Of a stretch of 64,000 nucleotides of DNA, positions 24,126-38,202 are shown one piece after another. The DNA lies in contig NC_043009.1 in NCBI RefSeq assembly GCF_006345805.1, positions 43,958,001-44,022,000 of the forward strand. The letters run 5' to 3'. This stretch comes from Octopus sinensis. Taxonomy: Eukaryota. Both the position numbers and the translations under genes were made by a program. The notes below the pieces were generated by a model. The model was not told the origin of the DNA, searched no databases, and saw nothing but the letters and a program-made list of their open reading frames with translations. Numbering within the stretch: the first letter of the stretch is position 1; each line of letters opens with the position of its first letter.

Positions 24126-24559
24126 AATAATAAGAGCCGAGTTAACACAAGATTCTTAAATTTCGGAGATCATAAGATAGAGAGCAAGAAGTTAAAAGTT
24201 CCAATACTGGCCCAATACCTACACCCCAGATTCTTCAACTATTTATAAGAAAGGGGTTAATGGCAGGATAGGGATTCAGCTTTAAAATAAATTGTATAAC
24301 AAAAAATACATAAATAAATTACTGCTCCAACGATGTAATTTTAGTATGTGTGATGTATGTACGTGTGTGCGTGTAAGCAATGCAAACAATGGAAAATAAT
24401 TTAAACACTCATTTTCTGATGTCTAAGGATGGATATTTATGCGTATGAATCTTTTTCTTTTTATTTTCTTTGAAATATAATTCTAGGGAACTGAAAAAGC
24501 TGTGTACGATGCCAAGCGAATTTAGCTATTTACGATGAGCGGATGTTTACGTTACAAAC

Positions 24560-24840
24560 GAATCTGTAGGTCTGTTTACATGTTTACGTTAACCACGTCA
24601 CAAAATAGCTGTTTACGTCACAGTAACAATATTTTGAGAGGCAGTAAATAATATGAGGTCGAAAGAAAGAATATCATTGGTTAAAATTCGAATTATTAAA
24701 CAACGTTAAACTTAGAAATTGCAATTCCGTTTTCATTTTGGGTTACAATTATGTTTTCTTTTGACACATTCTACCAGTATACGAAGTTTCAAATTGTTTA
24801 GTTAACTAAGAAAATCTGGCCTTCAAACTGAAAAGATCCT
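24560..24840 (+). repeat. Dispersed repeat, copy 3, followed by (AAT)n
   Basis: Colinear with 3085-3351. Confidence 0.8.
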
Positions 24841-25512
24841 AATAATAATAATAATAATAATAATAATGATATAATAATAATAACAACAGCAATAATTGTT
24901 ACAGCAAGAGCAACAATAATAAGGCAGAAACTCCATCAGATGAAGGAAAGACAAAGTGAGAATTAGAGGCAATGATGTAGAGTTGTGGCAATAACAATAA
25001 AAACAAAAATAACAACAATAAGAGCAATGCCACAAGAGCGACAATAATAATTGCAGCAACTGCAAAACGAACCTAAGGTAAAGAAGACGAGAATGGCAGA
25101 CGAAGCTGGAAAGACGAAGAGCTTCAAGTAAAGTCGTAACGTGTACATCGTCGTATTACTGAGTAATACGAAGAAATTTTGTTTTAGTTCTGCTGCGCGC
25201 GCACACACACACATACATACACACATAAATATACATATACACAAACAAACATACACATAAACACACACAGGCATACATACAGATATATAACTATACATGT
25301 ATGTATATATATTATATAGGCGCACGAAAGAAAATAGGCGTACACATACATAAATACACTCGTACATACATATTCACACAGGCACAGTCGCAGAGACGTA
25401 TACACAGATATACACGAACAAATGTATTTATTCTATCTATCTACCTACCTACCTACCTACCTACCTACCTACCTACCTACCTACCTACCTACCTACCTAC
25501 CTACCTATCTAC

Positions 25513-25552
<40 letters not shown>

Positions 25553-25704
25553 TTTCTTTTTTTCCTTTTTTTGTTCTTTTTTCCCTTTTACGATCCCTTT
25601 TGATCGAAAACCTACGCCACCTTTTTTTTTCCTCACCCAAAAGAAAAGCTCTACCTTGTAACTTGTCCCATCTGTGTGCAGCCCTGTGTGGCCAATAAAG
25701 AAAC

Positions 25705-25811
<107 letters not shown>

Positions 25812-26000
25812 CCTCTGTCTCTGAATATCTGTCTGTCTGTTTCTATCTATCTCTCTCTGTTTCTCTCTCTCTCTCTCTCTCTTCTATCTATCTATCTATC
25901 CATCTATCTATCTCTGTTTGTCTCTATCTATTCATCTATTCATCTATGTATCTGTCTAATATATAATTACTGTACGTATGCCTATATATATATACAGGAA

Positions 26001-26048
<48 letters not shown>

Positions 26049-26259
26049 TACATGGACATAAGCCTCCCCCACACACATATTCACTCTCAGATCCACTTCC
26101 TAATGTGCCCCCTTCACCTTCTTCTCCTTCCCCACGCCTTTTAGTTCCTGTCCTTCGAAGATCGAAGAAAAGGTGGAACCACCATTTTCTGTCTTTTGTG
26201 AGTCTCTGCTGTTATTGTGAAGTTTATCACTGGAAAGAGAGCAACTTGGGGAAACAACA

Positions 26260-26413
26260 GTAAACAGCAACAATAACAACGGCAATAAAAATAATAACAA
26301 CAATTCCGACAACAACATCAACAACAACAACAACAAAAAACCCAGCTAAAATAGCAACAGCTACAATAAAAGCAATAGTATCATCATCATCATCGTCATC
26401 ATCATCATCGTCA

Positions 26414-26445
<32 letters not shown>

Positions 26446-26514
26446 ATTGTTATCATCATCATCATCGCCGACGTCATCATCAGCGTCATTATCATTATCA
26501 TCATCATCATCCAT

Positions 26515-26547
<33 letters not shown>

Positions 26548-26617
26548 GTCGTCGTCGTCGTCGTCGTCATCGTTATCATCATCATCGCCGACGTCGTCGT
26601 CGTCATGGTCATCATCA

Positions 26618-26648
<31 letters not shown>

Positions 26649-26896
26649 GATCGCCGACATCGTCGTCATCATCATCATCATCGTCGTCGCCGTCGCCGTC
26701 AACAACAACTGAAATAGCAAACACAGCAACAATAAAAATAGTTGTATCATCATCATCATCATCATCATCCTCATCATCATCATCAACAATAACAACACAA
26801 CATAACAGCAACATCAACAAGAATAAACAATAGCGAAAAAACAAAGAAACAAACAGTAATAAGAATAACACCCTCACTACTAACAACAACTGCAGT

Positions 26897-26931
<35 letters not shown>

Positions 26932-27901
26932 TGGTGGTGGTGGTGGTGGTGGCGGTGGTGATAGTGCGGGTGGTGTTGGTGGTAATAGTAGTTGTAGTAT
27001 TAGTAGTGGTTGTGGTTGTTGTGGTGGTGGTGCTGGTAGTTGTAGTAGTCGTTGTAGTAGAAATAATAGTAGATGTAAAAGTAGTGGTGGTGGTGGTGGT
27101 TGTGTTGGTGTTCGTAGTAGTAGCAGTATTGCTGATGGTTGTGGTAATGCTGGTAGTAGTTGTGGTAGTAGTTGTAATAGTAGTAGTAGTGGTGATTGTG
27201 GTGTTGTTGGTAGTAGTAGTAGTAGTAGTGGTAATAATAGTAGTAGTAGTAGTTGTGGTGTTGTTAGTTGTAGTTAGTAGTAGTATCTTGAAAAACAACT
27301 GCAACTACAAGAACAACAGCAACAAAAGAAAAACGAAAAACAAAACAACACCCCCCCCCACCAAAGAAACCCCCCCCCCAAAAAAAACAACAGTGGGAGC
27401 AGCAGCAGTAGCAGTAGCGAGTAAGACAGAGCAAAGCAAGCGATATATTAACAGCAACAGCAACAAGAACTACAACAACGAACAACAAGAAGGTATCTCA
27501 CAACTTTGTCAACAGAAAAAAAAAACAACAATTGTGAACCAACAAAAGGATAGAATAAATAACAATAAAAAAATAACAATAGTGAACGAACAATAAAGAT
27601 ACAATAAATAACATAAAAAAAAATTATCCAATAGAAAATTATTTCTACATTTCTTAATTTTTCTGATTCTAGATTTTAAAGATTTTTTTTTGTTCCCTCT
27701 CATCTTCCGTTCTCCTCCTTTCTCCTCCTCCTCCTCCTCCTCCTCCTCATCATTCATGTCATCATTAGCCGCTTCATCATCATCGTCATCAACATCACCA
27801 TCATCATCACCACCACCACCATCATACCACCACCACCACCACCAACACCAACACTACCATCATCATCTTCATCATGATTGTTATAGTTGTCGTCGTCATC
27901 G

Positions 27902-27932
<31 letters not shown>

Positions 27933-27990
27933 ATCATCATCATCATCATCATTCTTCTTCTTCTTCTACTTCTCCTCCCTCTTCTTCTCC
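26260..27990. repeat. Mosaic trinucleotide low-complexity tract (CAA/CAT/CGT/TAG/TGG/CCT)
   Basis: Direct reading; source of poly-D/T/V/S pseudo-ORFs. Confidence 0.9.
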
Positions 27991-28100
27991 TTCTCCTCCA
28001 CCTCCTGCAACTTCTGATTTCCCTGCTCCGAACTCCGAAAGGAGACAGGTTCAACTGCGTCACATTGATTTCTCTTTCATTTTTCCTTCATTGTTCACAG

Positions 28101-28127
28101 GAAATTCATAACCAGCTGTCAGTCGAA
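28101..28127 (+). CDS. Candidate 27-nt exon (EIHNQLSVE)
   Basis: Strong acceptor ttctctttcatttttccttcattgttcacag|; donor GAA|gttggc is weak. Confidence 0.3.
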
Positions 28128-28255
28128 GTTGGCAACGAACACTATACATATATACATACATACATGCACGTGTATATACATATATATACACACACATAAA
28201 TATGGAATACAAAAGTATATAAATTCTATAAACACAAAATTGTAATGGCTATAAA

Positions 28256-28286
<31 letters not shown>

Positions 28287-28512
28287 ATATACAAGTATAC
28301 ATATATATACACGTCTATAGAGTATCTATCAATGTATGTATGAGTGTATATATATTATATATATATATTATCTATATATATGAAGGTATAGAAAATGAAA
28401 TACGCAATATATACACAATATAGACAAAGTATTTAAGATATATATATATGCACATACACAAACACATATATTTATCTATGCACAAACAAATATATATATA
28501 TATACACACATA

Positions 28513-28591
<79 letters not shown>

Positions 28592-28864
28592 GACAGAGTA
28601 AAGGAGAAAAGGAAGACAGACAAAATATGAGTTTCTAAATACATGCGCGGGTAGTTATATAGAAGATACATATTCCTGGATATTTTCCAAATACCCTATT
28701 CCTAGCGAAAACGGGTATATAAATTGATGTATTCATACGCCACCTTCATCAGCGGGTAACAATCAGCAGTATGACAATGCTATAATCTCCTACACCTGCT
28801 GTGGAAGCCACCACCAGCACTGTTATGACGACGACGACGACAACTACGACAACCACCAAATACC

Positions 28865-29095
28865 TATTTCTTTATTACCCAGAAGGGGCTAAACATAGAG
28901 GGGACAAACAAGGACAGGCATAGGTATTAAGTCGATTACATCGACCCCAGTGCGTAACTGGTACTTAATTTATCGACCCCGAAAGGATGAAAGGCAAAGT
29001 TGACCTCGGCGGAATTTGAACTCACAATGTAACGACAGACGAAATACCGCTGAGCATTTCGCCCGGCGTGCTAACGTTTCTGCTAGCTAGTCACC
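28865..29095 (-). mobile_element. SINE family A, full length
   Basis: Colinear with 18149-18374. Confidence 0.9.
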
Positions 29096-29319
29096 AAATA
29101 CCACCACCACCACCACCACCACCACCACCACCACCACCACCACTGTCGTTGCCGCCGCCGCCACCACCGTCATCTCTGTCCATGTCTGCTTACGACTATG
29201 TAGATACCTAAAGCTATTACCCTTAAACTATTAGCATGCTACAAACTACTAGGTCATAATCGCTTGCAAGTGACGGTGAAAGCTTTAGTTAACTGTCTTG
29301 AGTATGTTTTGAGTCACGC

Positions 29320-30480
29320 AATTTGGTGTGATTCTCCAGAGAATGAGTTGTGTGAGTTGCATTATATCACTGGCTGCCTATTGTTATAGAGCAAGTCGTG
29401 AGTTCATAAAGCATCTTGATTGATCCGTGCTTTTCGATTAAGAGTATCTTAGATTAGAAAAAGTGCTCATCATCATTTGGATTGTGCGTAACGTTGTTAG
29501 CACTGCTAAGGTTTGTAGGTTATTATCCACATTTTGTTTCTCACATCCAGGGATCCAACTGTTCCTGAGACTGTTTTCCCTTTAATACGTAATACCCCGT
29601 TTTCGTAACTGGAGAGAAAGTTGATAAACTCCAAAATGTGCCACTGAAGCTACATAAACTCAACAAATCTGCGCTGATATTTTCGCTACGGTTTTAATAA
29701 GGGAGTCTTCGTTAACGTTTAATCGCATTTGTTTGCTTTTTCTGAAGAGGTGGCGATTAATACTGCTTAAATTAAGACCAATATCAAGGAAGTCGACAAA
29801 ACATAAAACTGCGTGCTTTGTTATTTTTATGCCAATTTCTTTAAAAGTATCAATGTCGTTCATGTTTTGAGACTATAAGCTCACTGATATGTACCTGAAT
29901 ATATGTAGCTGAATTTCAGGTGTATGTAGAGTGTGTAAAAGATTTCACTTTTTAGATTTTAACTTTCTTAGAATTTTTACGATCAATCTATATGTCGAAG
30001 GATATGTAGTCGCTTTTCTTTTTCTTTTTCTTTTTGGATTCTTAGCGTTTCATCAAAGGAAAGCAAAAATTCAGTGTGAGTTATGACCGTGATTTCCTGG
30101 TTAGTAATTGTACAGTTGCACTTCGAAAACAAGTGAGTGCTTTTAAATGTAGGAATCTAACAATTGAAGGGTAAGAATCTGCAATGCCTGTGTGCGTTTG
30201 TGTGTTTGTAGTCGATGCTAGCAAACCATCAACCAATATTTAATGGTAGATTTAATGCTACTCCATGGGGAAAATGTTTTGTTGATGATGATGTAGATGA
30301 TTTTATATAGCGCTTTGAGTTCGCAGAGTTAATAATCTGTTGACAGTGTCATTGGAGCATTTGTATTGTGATCTTTAAGTGTTAAGTGAGGTCAACGATA
30401 TAGTAACAGTGCTTGCTTCTTTGTCATCGATTACCTATAGAATCATTGTGGACACTTTCTGATCAAGATCTCGCTTACAT
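29320..30480 (-). pseudogene. Penelope-like reverse transcriptase remnant
   Basis: FKEIGIKITK...VDFLDIGLNLSS...FRKS matches the Penelope RT F...GL.IT....VNFLDV.LNL....Y.K block; flanks heavily decayed. Confidence 0.6.
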
Positions 30481-30524
30481 GAGCTAAATTAATACTGCCT
30501 GCATTAATATGCGCCTATTCACAA

Positions 30525-30557
<33 letters not shown>

Positions 30558-31019
30558 CACACACGCACACACACACTAACGCACACACAGACACAAACAC
30601 ACACACGCACGCACACACACACTCTCTCTCTTTCTCTCTCTCCCTTTCTCTCTCTCTCTCTATATATATATATAAATATACATATGTATATATATATGTT
30701 TGTATATATGTATGCATGAGTGTATGTATGGATACATTATGTATATATATATGTATAAATGAATGTATGTATGGATACATTATGTAACAAAAGCAGCTAA
30801 CATTGATCTAGATTGCCCAGTAAGTACTTTGTGTAGAGTACATGTTTATTAAACTTTTACCAGAAATGTGGTGACAATGGGCTTCGAGGTTCCGATTTGC
30901 TCGGCTGACAAAACATCGAGGTCACTGTCACCCCACTTGTAAAAGTATGATATATATTATATATATATATATGAAACAATAGCACAAATGGGTTGAGATT
31001 CACTACAGCTGTTTTAAAT

Positions 31020-31600
31020 GTGTTCTTTATTGATAAACAAAAAATATTACATCATGTATAAAATCCGTTTTCTTCAGGTTAATTGAAATTTAACACTTAG
31101 GATTCTTCACATAAAGCATAATGTAAGTTGAGCCTCCCATACTGGTTACAGCCGAGAGAATGGTATTTCTCAAAGCCCACAGATAAAGCAATAAACAATA
31201 GCATGTAGGAGATTTCCTATTCAGAGTGATTTTTCAAGGATTTTTAGTCCAATATGTACATATAGCTTTATTTCTGGGTGTTACGAGATATACTATTCCC
31301 AAAAGGAATTATTGAGGCTCTAGTTCGGGAGTTTCAGGGCTCCTAAGAGTGTGAAGATGCCACTTAGCTACAATTTTCCCTAGGTCTAGTCTGACCCAGT
31401 GTTGTAGCACCAGTCAGAGACCCAGCGATTGGTTAAACTAGCATATGTGATGACAATCCATCTGATTGCGGGGAAGCAGAAATGCTCTTGATTTGTGTCA
31501 GGATGTGCGGTAGAACCACGGGGAGAGAGGGACTCCTGGCTGTTGTCACAGCATCATTCTTGGACAGGGACATTGATGTAAAACCTACGGTTTCACGTGA
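31020..31600 (-). mobile_element. Decayed 3' end of an L1/Tx1-like LINE
   Basis: Minus LLLYLWALRN-like block after a degenerate C...ES motif; ends at AATAAA. Confidence 0.35.
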
Positions 31601-31847
31601 TTACTGATCATCTCGCTTCGGACTATCACTAAGTATGAATGACAGCGACTCAGAGAGTTGTACTCGTGTCGTACAAACGTTTATCACTATAATCCAACGA
31701 TGTACAAATGTCTTTTTAGCATGATCTCATTTGTTATCGTAATTATTGTGGACAGGGGAGATATTTGTTCATCTTTCGGTAGGGGGAATATATATACACA
31801 AACATTCTAAAACTGGAGTAGTGGGGAAAAATATGTACAGTGATTGA

Positions 31848-31967
31848 TATGTAATCGGGAATTAAAATATCTATAGAGATCAAGGACTAAATATGCACGC
31901 ATTACGTCTAAATATGCACGCATAACCAACTTTGATCTCTATACATATTTTAATTCACGATTACATA
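31848..31967. mobile_element. Small MITE-like inverted repeat
   Basis: 37-bp arms TATGTAATCGGGAATTAAAATATCTATAGAGATCAAG / TTTGATCTCTATACATATTTTAATTCACGATTACATA. Confidence 0.6.
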
Positions 31968-32228
31968 CCCAAATATTTTTCTTAAGAAAATACGTATTTA
32001 AATGAATTTTAATGTCATGATTAACGAAAGCGAAACCGGTTAACATACACAATATAAGATATATAAAAAATTATATTAAAACTATGTAAAGTGTGTGCAT
32101 TTGCCTTCGTTGATTTCTTATATATTACAACTCACCACAAAGATATAATCGAAATTCCTCTCTTTCTGTTACTATATATATATATATATATACATTAGAA
32201 GTATTGGGGTGATGTACATATTTAATAC

Positions 32229-32389
32229 ATATGAAAGAAAAAGGCGTTCAGAATGCTGGATGGTTGAATATAGAAAAATATACATATTAATTTACATATC
32301 ACATATTATTTCTTCAAGTCACATATTTAATTAGATATTTAAGCGCTTAAATATGTAATAATATTTCTGAACGCCTTTTTCTTTCATAT
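32229..32389. mobile_element. Small MITE-like inverted repeat
   Basis: Perfect 25-bp arms ATATGAAAGAAAAAGGCGTTCAGAA / TTCTGAACGCCTTTTTCTTTCATAT. Confidence 0.6.
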
Positions 32390-32407
32390 ATATATATATA
32401 TATATAT

Positions 32408-32447
<40 letters not shown>

Positions 32448-32538
32448 AGATAGGTAGATAGTAACATAAAAAGGAAAAAAAACATCAACGCTAGGCCATG
32501 GTAAATGCAAAGTATTAATAAAACCCTGAAAAAGTGTG

Positions 32539-32578
32539 GCTGTTTTACGCTTCGAGCAAAGCTCTTCTTCGGAAACAG
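32539..32578 (-). ncRNA. Degenerate minimal hammerhead-like motif
   Basis: Minus TTTC-CGAAGA-A-GAGC-TTT-GCTC-GAAG-CG-TA-AAAC; both core boxes carry one change. Confidence 0.35.
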
Positions 32579-32784
32579 GCGACATGGGAAAGTCCAAAAG
32601 AAAAGGAAGAAGGAGGGAACAAAATCGCCAACAGTCCACGTATAGTTACATTTGGGAATATATATATATATAATTATAAAAATATAATTACAATTAAGGG
32701 CACTGGAGTGCCAACACCTATATGCTAGAAGTAGATGTTAAATGTCTACGAGTTACTCTAAATTTGTTCTCTCTTTTATTACAG

Positions 32785-32838
32785 CACAAGGCCGAATGCG
32801 CGGCAATGGTTAAGAGGATTTACAAAAATCTCGGATAA
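32785..32838 (+). CDS. Candidate terminal coding exon (HKAECAAMVKRIYKNLG*)
   Basis: Strong acceptor tttgttctctcttttattacag|, 17 codons to TAA, AATAAA 29 nt downstream. Confidence 0.45.
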   Translation, partial: HKAECAAMVKRIYKNLG

Positions 32839-32866
32839 CCCTATATCTTAAGATTTCGTGTTCTGT

Positions 32867-32872
32867 AATAAA
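32867..32872 (+). terminator. Candidate polyadenylation signal
   Basis: AATAAA just 3' of the candidate stop codon. Confidence 0.35.
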
Positions 32873-33120
32873 TATTACTTTACACTCTTCAGTAGAGGTA
32901 CACCGACAATATATAGACGAAAAATACATACATGTACATACCGATAAATTTCTACGTATAAATGCCAGTATATATCTGCATTTCCCGCGTATACATTATA
33001 TGTAATCGGCCATTTCAGCCATGTTATTAATGTAGGAAATCATGCCGGGGTGAATATAGTAATGCAGCAAAATATAATGACTACAGAACTTAAAATTATA
33101 TATACTTATAAATTGTGGTT

Positions 33121-33609
33121 TTTATTCTTTTATTCTTTCTTTTATTCTTCTACTTGTTTCAGTCATTTGACTGCGGCCATGCTGGAGCACCGCCTTTAGT
33201 CGAACAAATCGACGCTAGGACTTATTCTGTTGGTGTCTTTTGCCGAACCACTAGGTAGATCGATAAGTAGGTTGATAGATACGTATATAGATTGATAGAT
33301 ATAGAGGTAGGTTGGTAGATAAATAGATAGGTAGTTAGATAACATCGGTTGTCAAGCGATGGTGTGGGGACAAACACAGACACACAAACACATGCATACA
33401 CACATACATGCACCACCCCACACACAAACACACACACACATATATAATTATATATACGACGGGCTTCTTTCAGTTTCCTCTACCAAATCCACTCACAAGG
33501 CTTTGGTCGACCCAAGGCTAGAGTAGAAGACATTTGCCCAAGGTGTCACACAGTGGGGCTGAGCCCGGAACCATGTGGTTGGCAACCAAGCTTCTTACCA
33601 CACAGCCAC
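33121..33609 (-). mobile_element. SINE family B, full length, with a 91-bp foreign insert
   Basis: Minus head GTGGCTGTGTGGTAAG...GGTTCCGGGCTCAGCCCC, CTTGGGCAAATGTCTTCTAC core, tail GGTGCTCCAGCATGGCCGCAG...AAAAGAATAAAAGAA. Confidence 0.9.
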
Positions 33610-33767
33610 GATATATATATATATAAATATACATATGTACACACATACATACGTACGTACACACACACACACACACACACATACGTATATCCTTAAATCC
33701 TTTAAAATGTTTTAGCCGAAGGCTGCGCCATGTTGGGGCACCACCGCTGGGGCACCACCACGTAATA

Positions 33768-33819
<52 letters not shown>

Positions 33820-34214
33820 ACATATGCATACATATAAACACACACTCACATATGTATATATGTACATATCTTTCTATCTGTTTATCTATCTGTCTGTCTG
33901 TATATGTATGTATGCATATGTCTCTATCTACCTATTTATCTATGTGAATGCATGTGTGTGCATGTGCGTGTGTGTATGAGTGAGAGTGTGTGTATGTGTG
34001 TGTGGGTGTGTGTGTGTATGTATGTGTGCGTGTGTTTGTTTGTGTGAATGCTTGTGTTTGGAGAAAGAGGGATAGTGAGAGAAGAAGAATAGTCAGAGTG
34101 ATAAGTGAGAAAGAGAGACAAACCGGTTGGGTTGTTAAAAGAGTATCTGATTAACAACCGGATGAATGGCTACGACGACCGTTGCATGGGAATTTGTGTG
34201 CCTGTGCATGCTGT

Positions 34215-34264
<50 letters not shown>

Positions 34265-34360
34265 TATGTGCTGTGTGTCTGTGTATGCATAAATATATAT
34301 CTGTATCTATACACACATCAGATATATGCATGTATATATATATATATATATATATATAAT

Positions 34361-34421
<61 letters not shown>

Positions 34422-34705
34422 TATATCATATGTGTTTGCCTGCGTTTTATACACACACAGGCATACACGCACACATATATATATTTATATACGCATGTGT
34501 GTACAAATATATGTTACACACCCACACGTTTTCAAAAAGTATATAAAGAAATACCTACACACACCTGTTCATACATCAGGCATAACACGCATGCACATAT
34601 ATATTCACGTATGTTTAAAACATTTGACATGCACGTACCTACTATTATACATACATACATACATACATACTACATACATACAGATATATTTATATGTTAA
34701 TTATA

Positions 34706-34791
<86 letters not shown>

Positions 34792-35303
34792 ATATATATG
34801 TATATATACACAACACATACATGCATATATATATATATACATACATACATGTGTATGTATTCTCGTTGGTATTGAATATTTGTTCATGTGTGTATATATA
34901 GATAGATGATGAAAGTTGAAAGATCGCGAAACTGGTAAATTTGGTGATATTATTGAGAACAATTACTAAAGGATAGTGGGAGCATGGGGCAGAGGCAGAC
35001 GGACGGTGGGGGAGCAGATACATGTGTGATAGACGAAGTTAGAAGTAAAACAGGATGACATTGGGTAAGAGGCAGTGGTAGGAAAAACAGCAGAATGGAT
35101 TATCTGGCAAACGTGTAGAAAATTCTTTTGTTGTGTTGCAAAAGCATTGGCATGAAAATCTGTATGGCGAGTTGCAAATAGTGATAGAGAAAAATCGGAG
35201 AAAACAAAGAGTGAGAATGGGTGATAGAGAGGATAGGAGATAGACAGGTCGGTAAGTAGATAGGTAGATAGATAGATAGATAGATAGATTGGTGGATAAA
35301 TAG

Positions 35304-35355
<52 letters not shown>

Positions 35356-35549
35356 TAGATAGATAGATAGATAGATTGGTGGATAAATAGATAGATAGAG
35401 ATAGATAGATAGATAGATAGATAGATGGATGGATGGATGGATGGATGGATAGATAGATAGGCAGATAGATAGATAGATAGAAAGATAGATAGCTTGGTAG
35501 TTAGATATTTGGATAGATAAGTAGCTAGGTAGATGTATTGCTTGTTAGG

Positions 35550-35628
<79 letters not shown>

Positions 35629-36661
35629 GTGTGTGAGAGTGAAAGGGCGACAGCGAGAGAGAAAGGGACAGATAGATAGATAGGTTGTTAAATTGATATA
35701 TAAATTTAGAGAGAGATTCATTGATACATAGTTAGATAGTTAGATAGGCAGAAAGATAGGTAGATCGATAAGTAGGTAGATAGATACGTATATAGATTGA
35801 TAGATATAGAGGTAGATTGGTAGATAAATAGATAGGTAGTTAGATAAATAGATAGAGAAGCAGAGAGATAGAGGCTGATAAATAGTTACAGAGGTGGAAT
35901 GAAAGATAAAAAGGGAGAGTTAGCGCAAAGACAAAGTGAGAAAGAAAGAAAAACGGGGAAAACAGAGACAGTTTTATACAAAAGCGTTGATAAATCTAAA
36001 GCTATTGTGTCCCTCGGTTTCAATGTACAGAACAATAACAATAAACATTTATATGTCTTTGTTCCGACAGAGAAGGCGTTTCTTCTGTAGATGCATAGTA
36101 GACAATGCCAGAAATTTAGTTTCCGGCACGAACCTAACGGAATTTAACCGCCAAGCGAGTTTAACTACATGAGTTCTTGTAACTGAAGCCTTTTCAGCAA
36201 TCGTCACCTGTATATTTCACTCTGCATGACAGATGTTTAAAGTCATCGATTGACGAACTATACAGTTCTTTCGATTGTCATCGAATATTATTTGACTTCC
36301 TGTATTCAAAGGGATGTGACGCCATGTTGGAATCAAGGTTTCTTTTGAGACCAAATGATTTCTCTGTCTAATATAAGAAATCCTATGATATTTCCCCGTA
36401 GCATTCATGAACTGCTTTCTGATATATTTGTTTGAAATTTCCAACCATTGTATAATTCTGAATTATTCCAGTCTTTGTGCATTCCAGCTGAGAATATGGC
36501 TTCCAAATGGCAAATTCGAACATTTGACAAGAACGTGAAAATGTCTTGTATATGAGATCACTTCCGGTTGTTTCATTGAAGTTAGTTTTCTTTCACTCAA
36601 ACAATAAGAAAGTTTATAAGATCAAGAACATGCAGATATCATATTACGGGTCCATGAAACA

Positions 36662-36712
<51 letters not shown>

Positions 36713-36801
36713 CACAGGCATACATACACACGAATTCTTATATATATGTGTGAGCTTGTACGCGTGAGTGTATGGTATTGTATGTGCGTGCATTGTGTAT
36801 A

Positions 36802-36845
<44 letters not shown>

Positions 36846-37703
36846 CGTACACATATACATATCTATACGCACATGCATGCACACACACTTACGCACACAC
36901 ATATATACACACACATAAGAAGTAAATGACAAATAATTGCAATATCTCACCAATTATTTATACAACATAAGCTTTGTGTGTGTGTGTGTGTGTGCCCGTT
37001 TATATATAACTATAGATTTACATACACAATGACAAATTATGTATTTGTATTGTTTATTCATACGTGTGTGTGTGTGTGTGTGTGTATTTATTATATATAT
37101 ATAAATAAGGTATGAAAGAAAAAAGCATGAATATACAAATGAATATATACACATGAATGTATACTTACACGTGTATATATCTAGATATATATATGAATAT
37201 TCATATATATACAAATATACACAGATACAAAGTGAATTTATAAACACAAAAAAAATCCTCCCATTTATGCAGACGCACGCGATACACATATGCGCGTGCC
37301 CGTTATTGTGCGTGAGTAGGTGTGTATATGTGAATATTTGTCTTTATATAATAGATACATACACAGACGCGCGCGCGCACACATTTTCATGCATGTATAT
37401 GGGTGTGCGTATAAATTGTACATACAGAAAGACATGCGTTGTTGTTCAACTGATTCTACGCATGTTTACAATCGTTTTTTAAATGCAGAAACACAAACAA
37501 CAGGATAACAGAATGGAAACAAAGATGGCAAACAAAGGAAGGAAAACAGAGAAGAGGGAAACAAATGGAGATGCTGGTAGAATTTTGTGGATCAGAAAAA
37601 GAACCCAGAGAAAATTTGAAAACTGAAATATTTTCTATTAAATTACTAAAATCTAAATTATGACTCATTGTATTCAGGATAAGACTGTCGGTGTTCTAAT
37701 TAC

Positions 37704-37740
37704 GTATGCCGTATTTTAAAGTAAATGTCTTTGCGTCCAT
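37704..37740 (-). CDS. Candidate first coding exon (MDAKTFTLKYGI) of an unidentified minus-strand gene
   Basis: aaaATGG context, donor TAC|gtaatt, next to ETS/YY1-like motifs. Confidence 0.3.
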
Positions 37741-38202
37741 TTTAATTGTACACCGGAAGTGCTAACTGAAAAGTCACACAAAACCTCCTATGGCCGCCAT
37801 TGTTATTGCTTTCTGTCTCTGGTCAATGCGCAGCTTTCAAACGGAGTCCGTCTATACCTGAGGCTTATACGTAGACCATGACGGAACCCTGCATAATCGC
37901 TTCATATACTAGAAATAGCACTCAAACTTTCTTCATACAACATGGTAATGTTAAAAGATGCAGGGCATGTGTCGGAAATGTAATCTAAGATACGCTGTGA
38001 ATATAACACAGATTGGACATAGCTCAACACAACAGTGCCAAATGCCAAAAAGGTGGCCCCTTCGTGGTCAGCTTGTTTGTTAGAAACGGTAGTCAAATAC
38101 CACTCATATTACATCTTTGTAATATGAGTGGTAAAACACAAAACAAAACTGAGAAAAAACACGTTGGATAATGTATTTCTTTATAAATGTCGGAAAACAG
38201 GA
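37741..38202. promoter_or_regulatory. Candidate bidirectional promoter
   Basis: Unique non-repetitive island with CCGGAAGT (37753-37760) and GCCGCCAT (37793-37800) between divergent candidate start exons. Confidence 0.35.

Noticed and set aside
26227-27596. Poly-D/T/V/S/M ORFs here and at 38558-40298 and 58947-59447
   Set aside because: Open in several frames on both strands because of trinucleotide repeats; no splice or domain support.
28700-28760. CTGATGA on the minus strand
   Set aside because: No downstream GAAA on the same strand.
33936-35023. YI/CV/HT-repeat ORFs here and in other TA/CA tracts
   Set aside because: Dinucleotide microsatellite translations.
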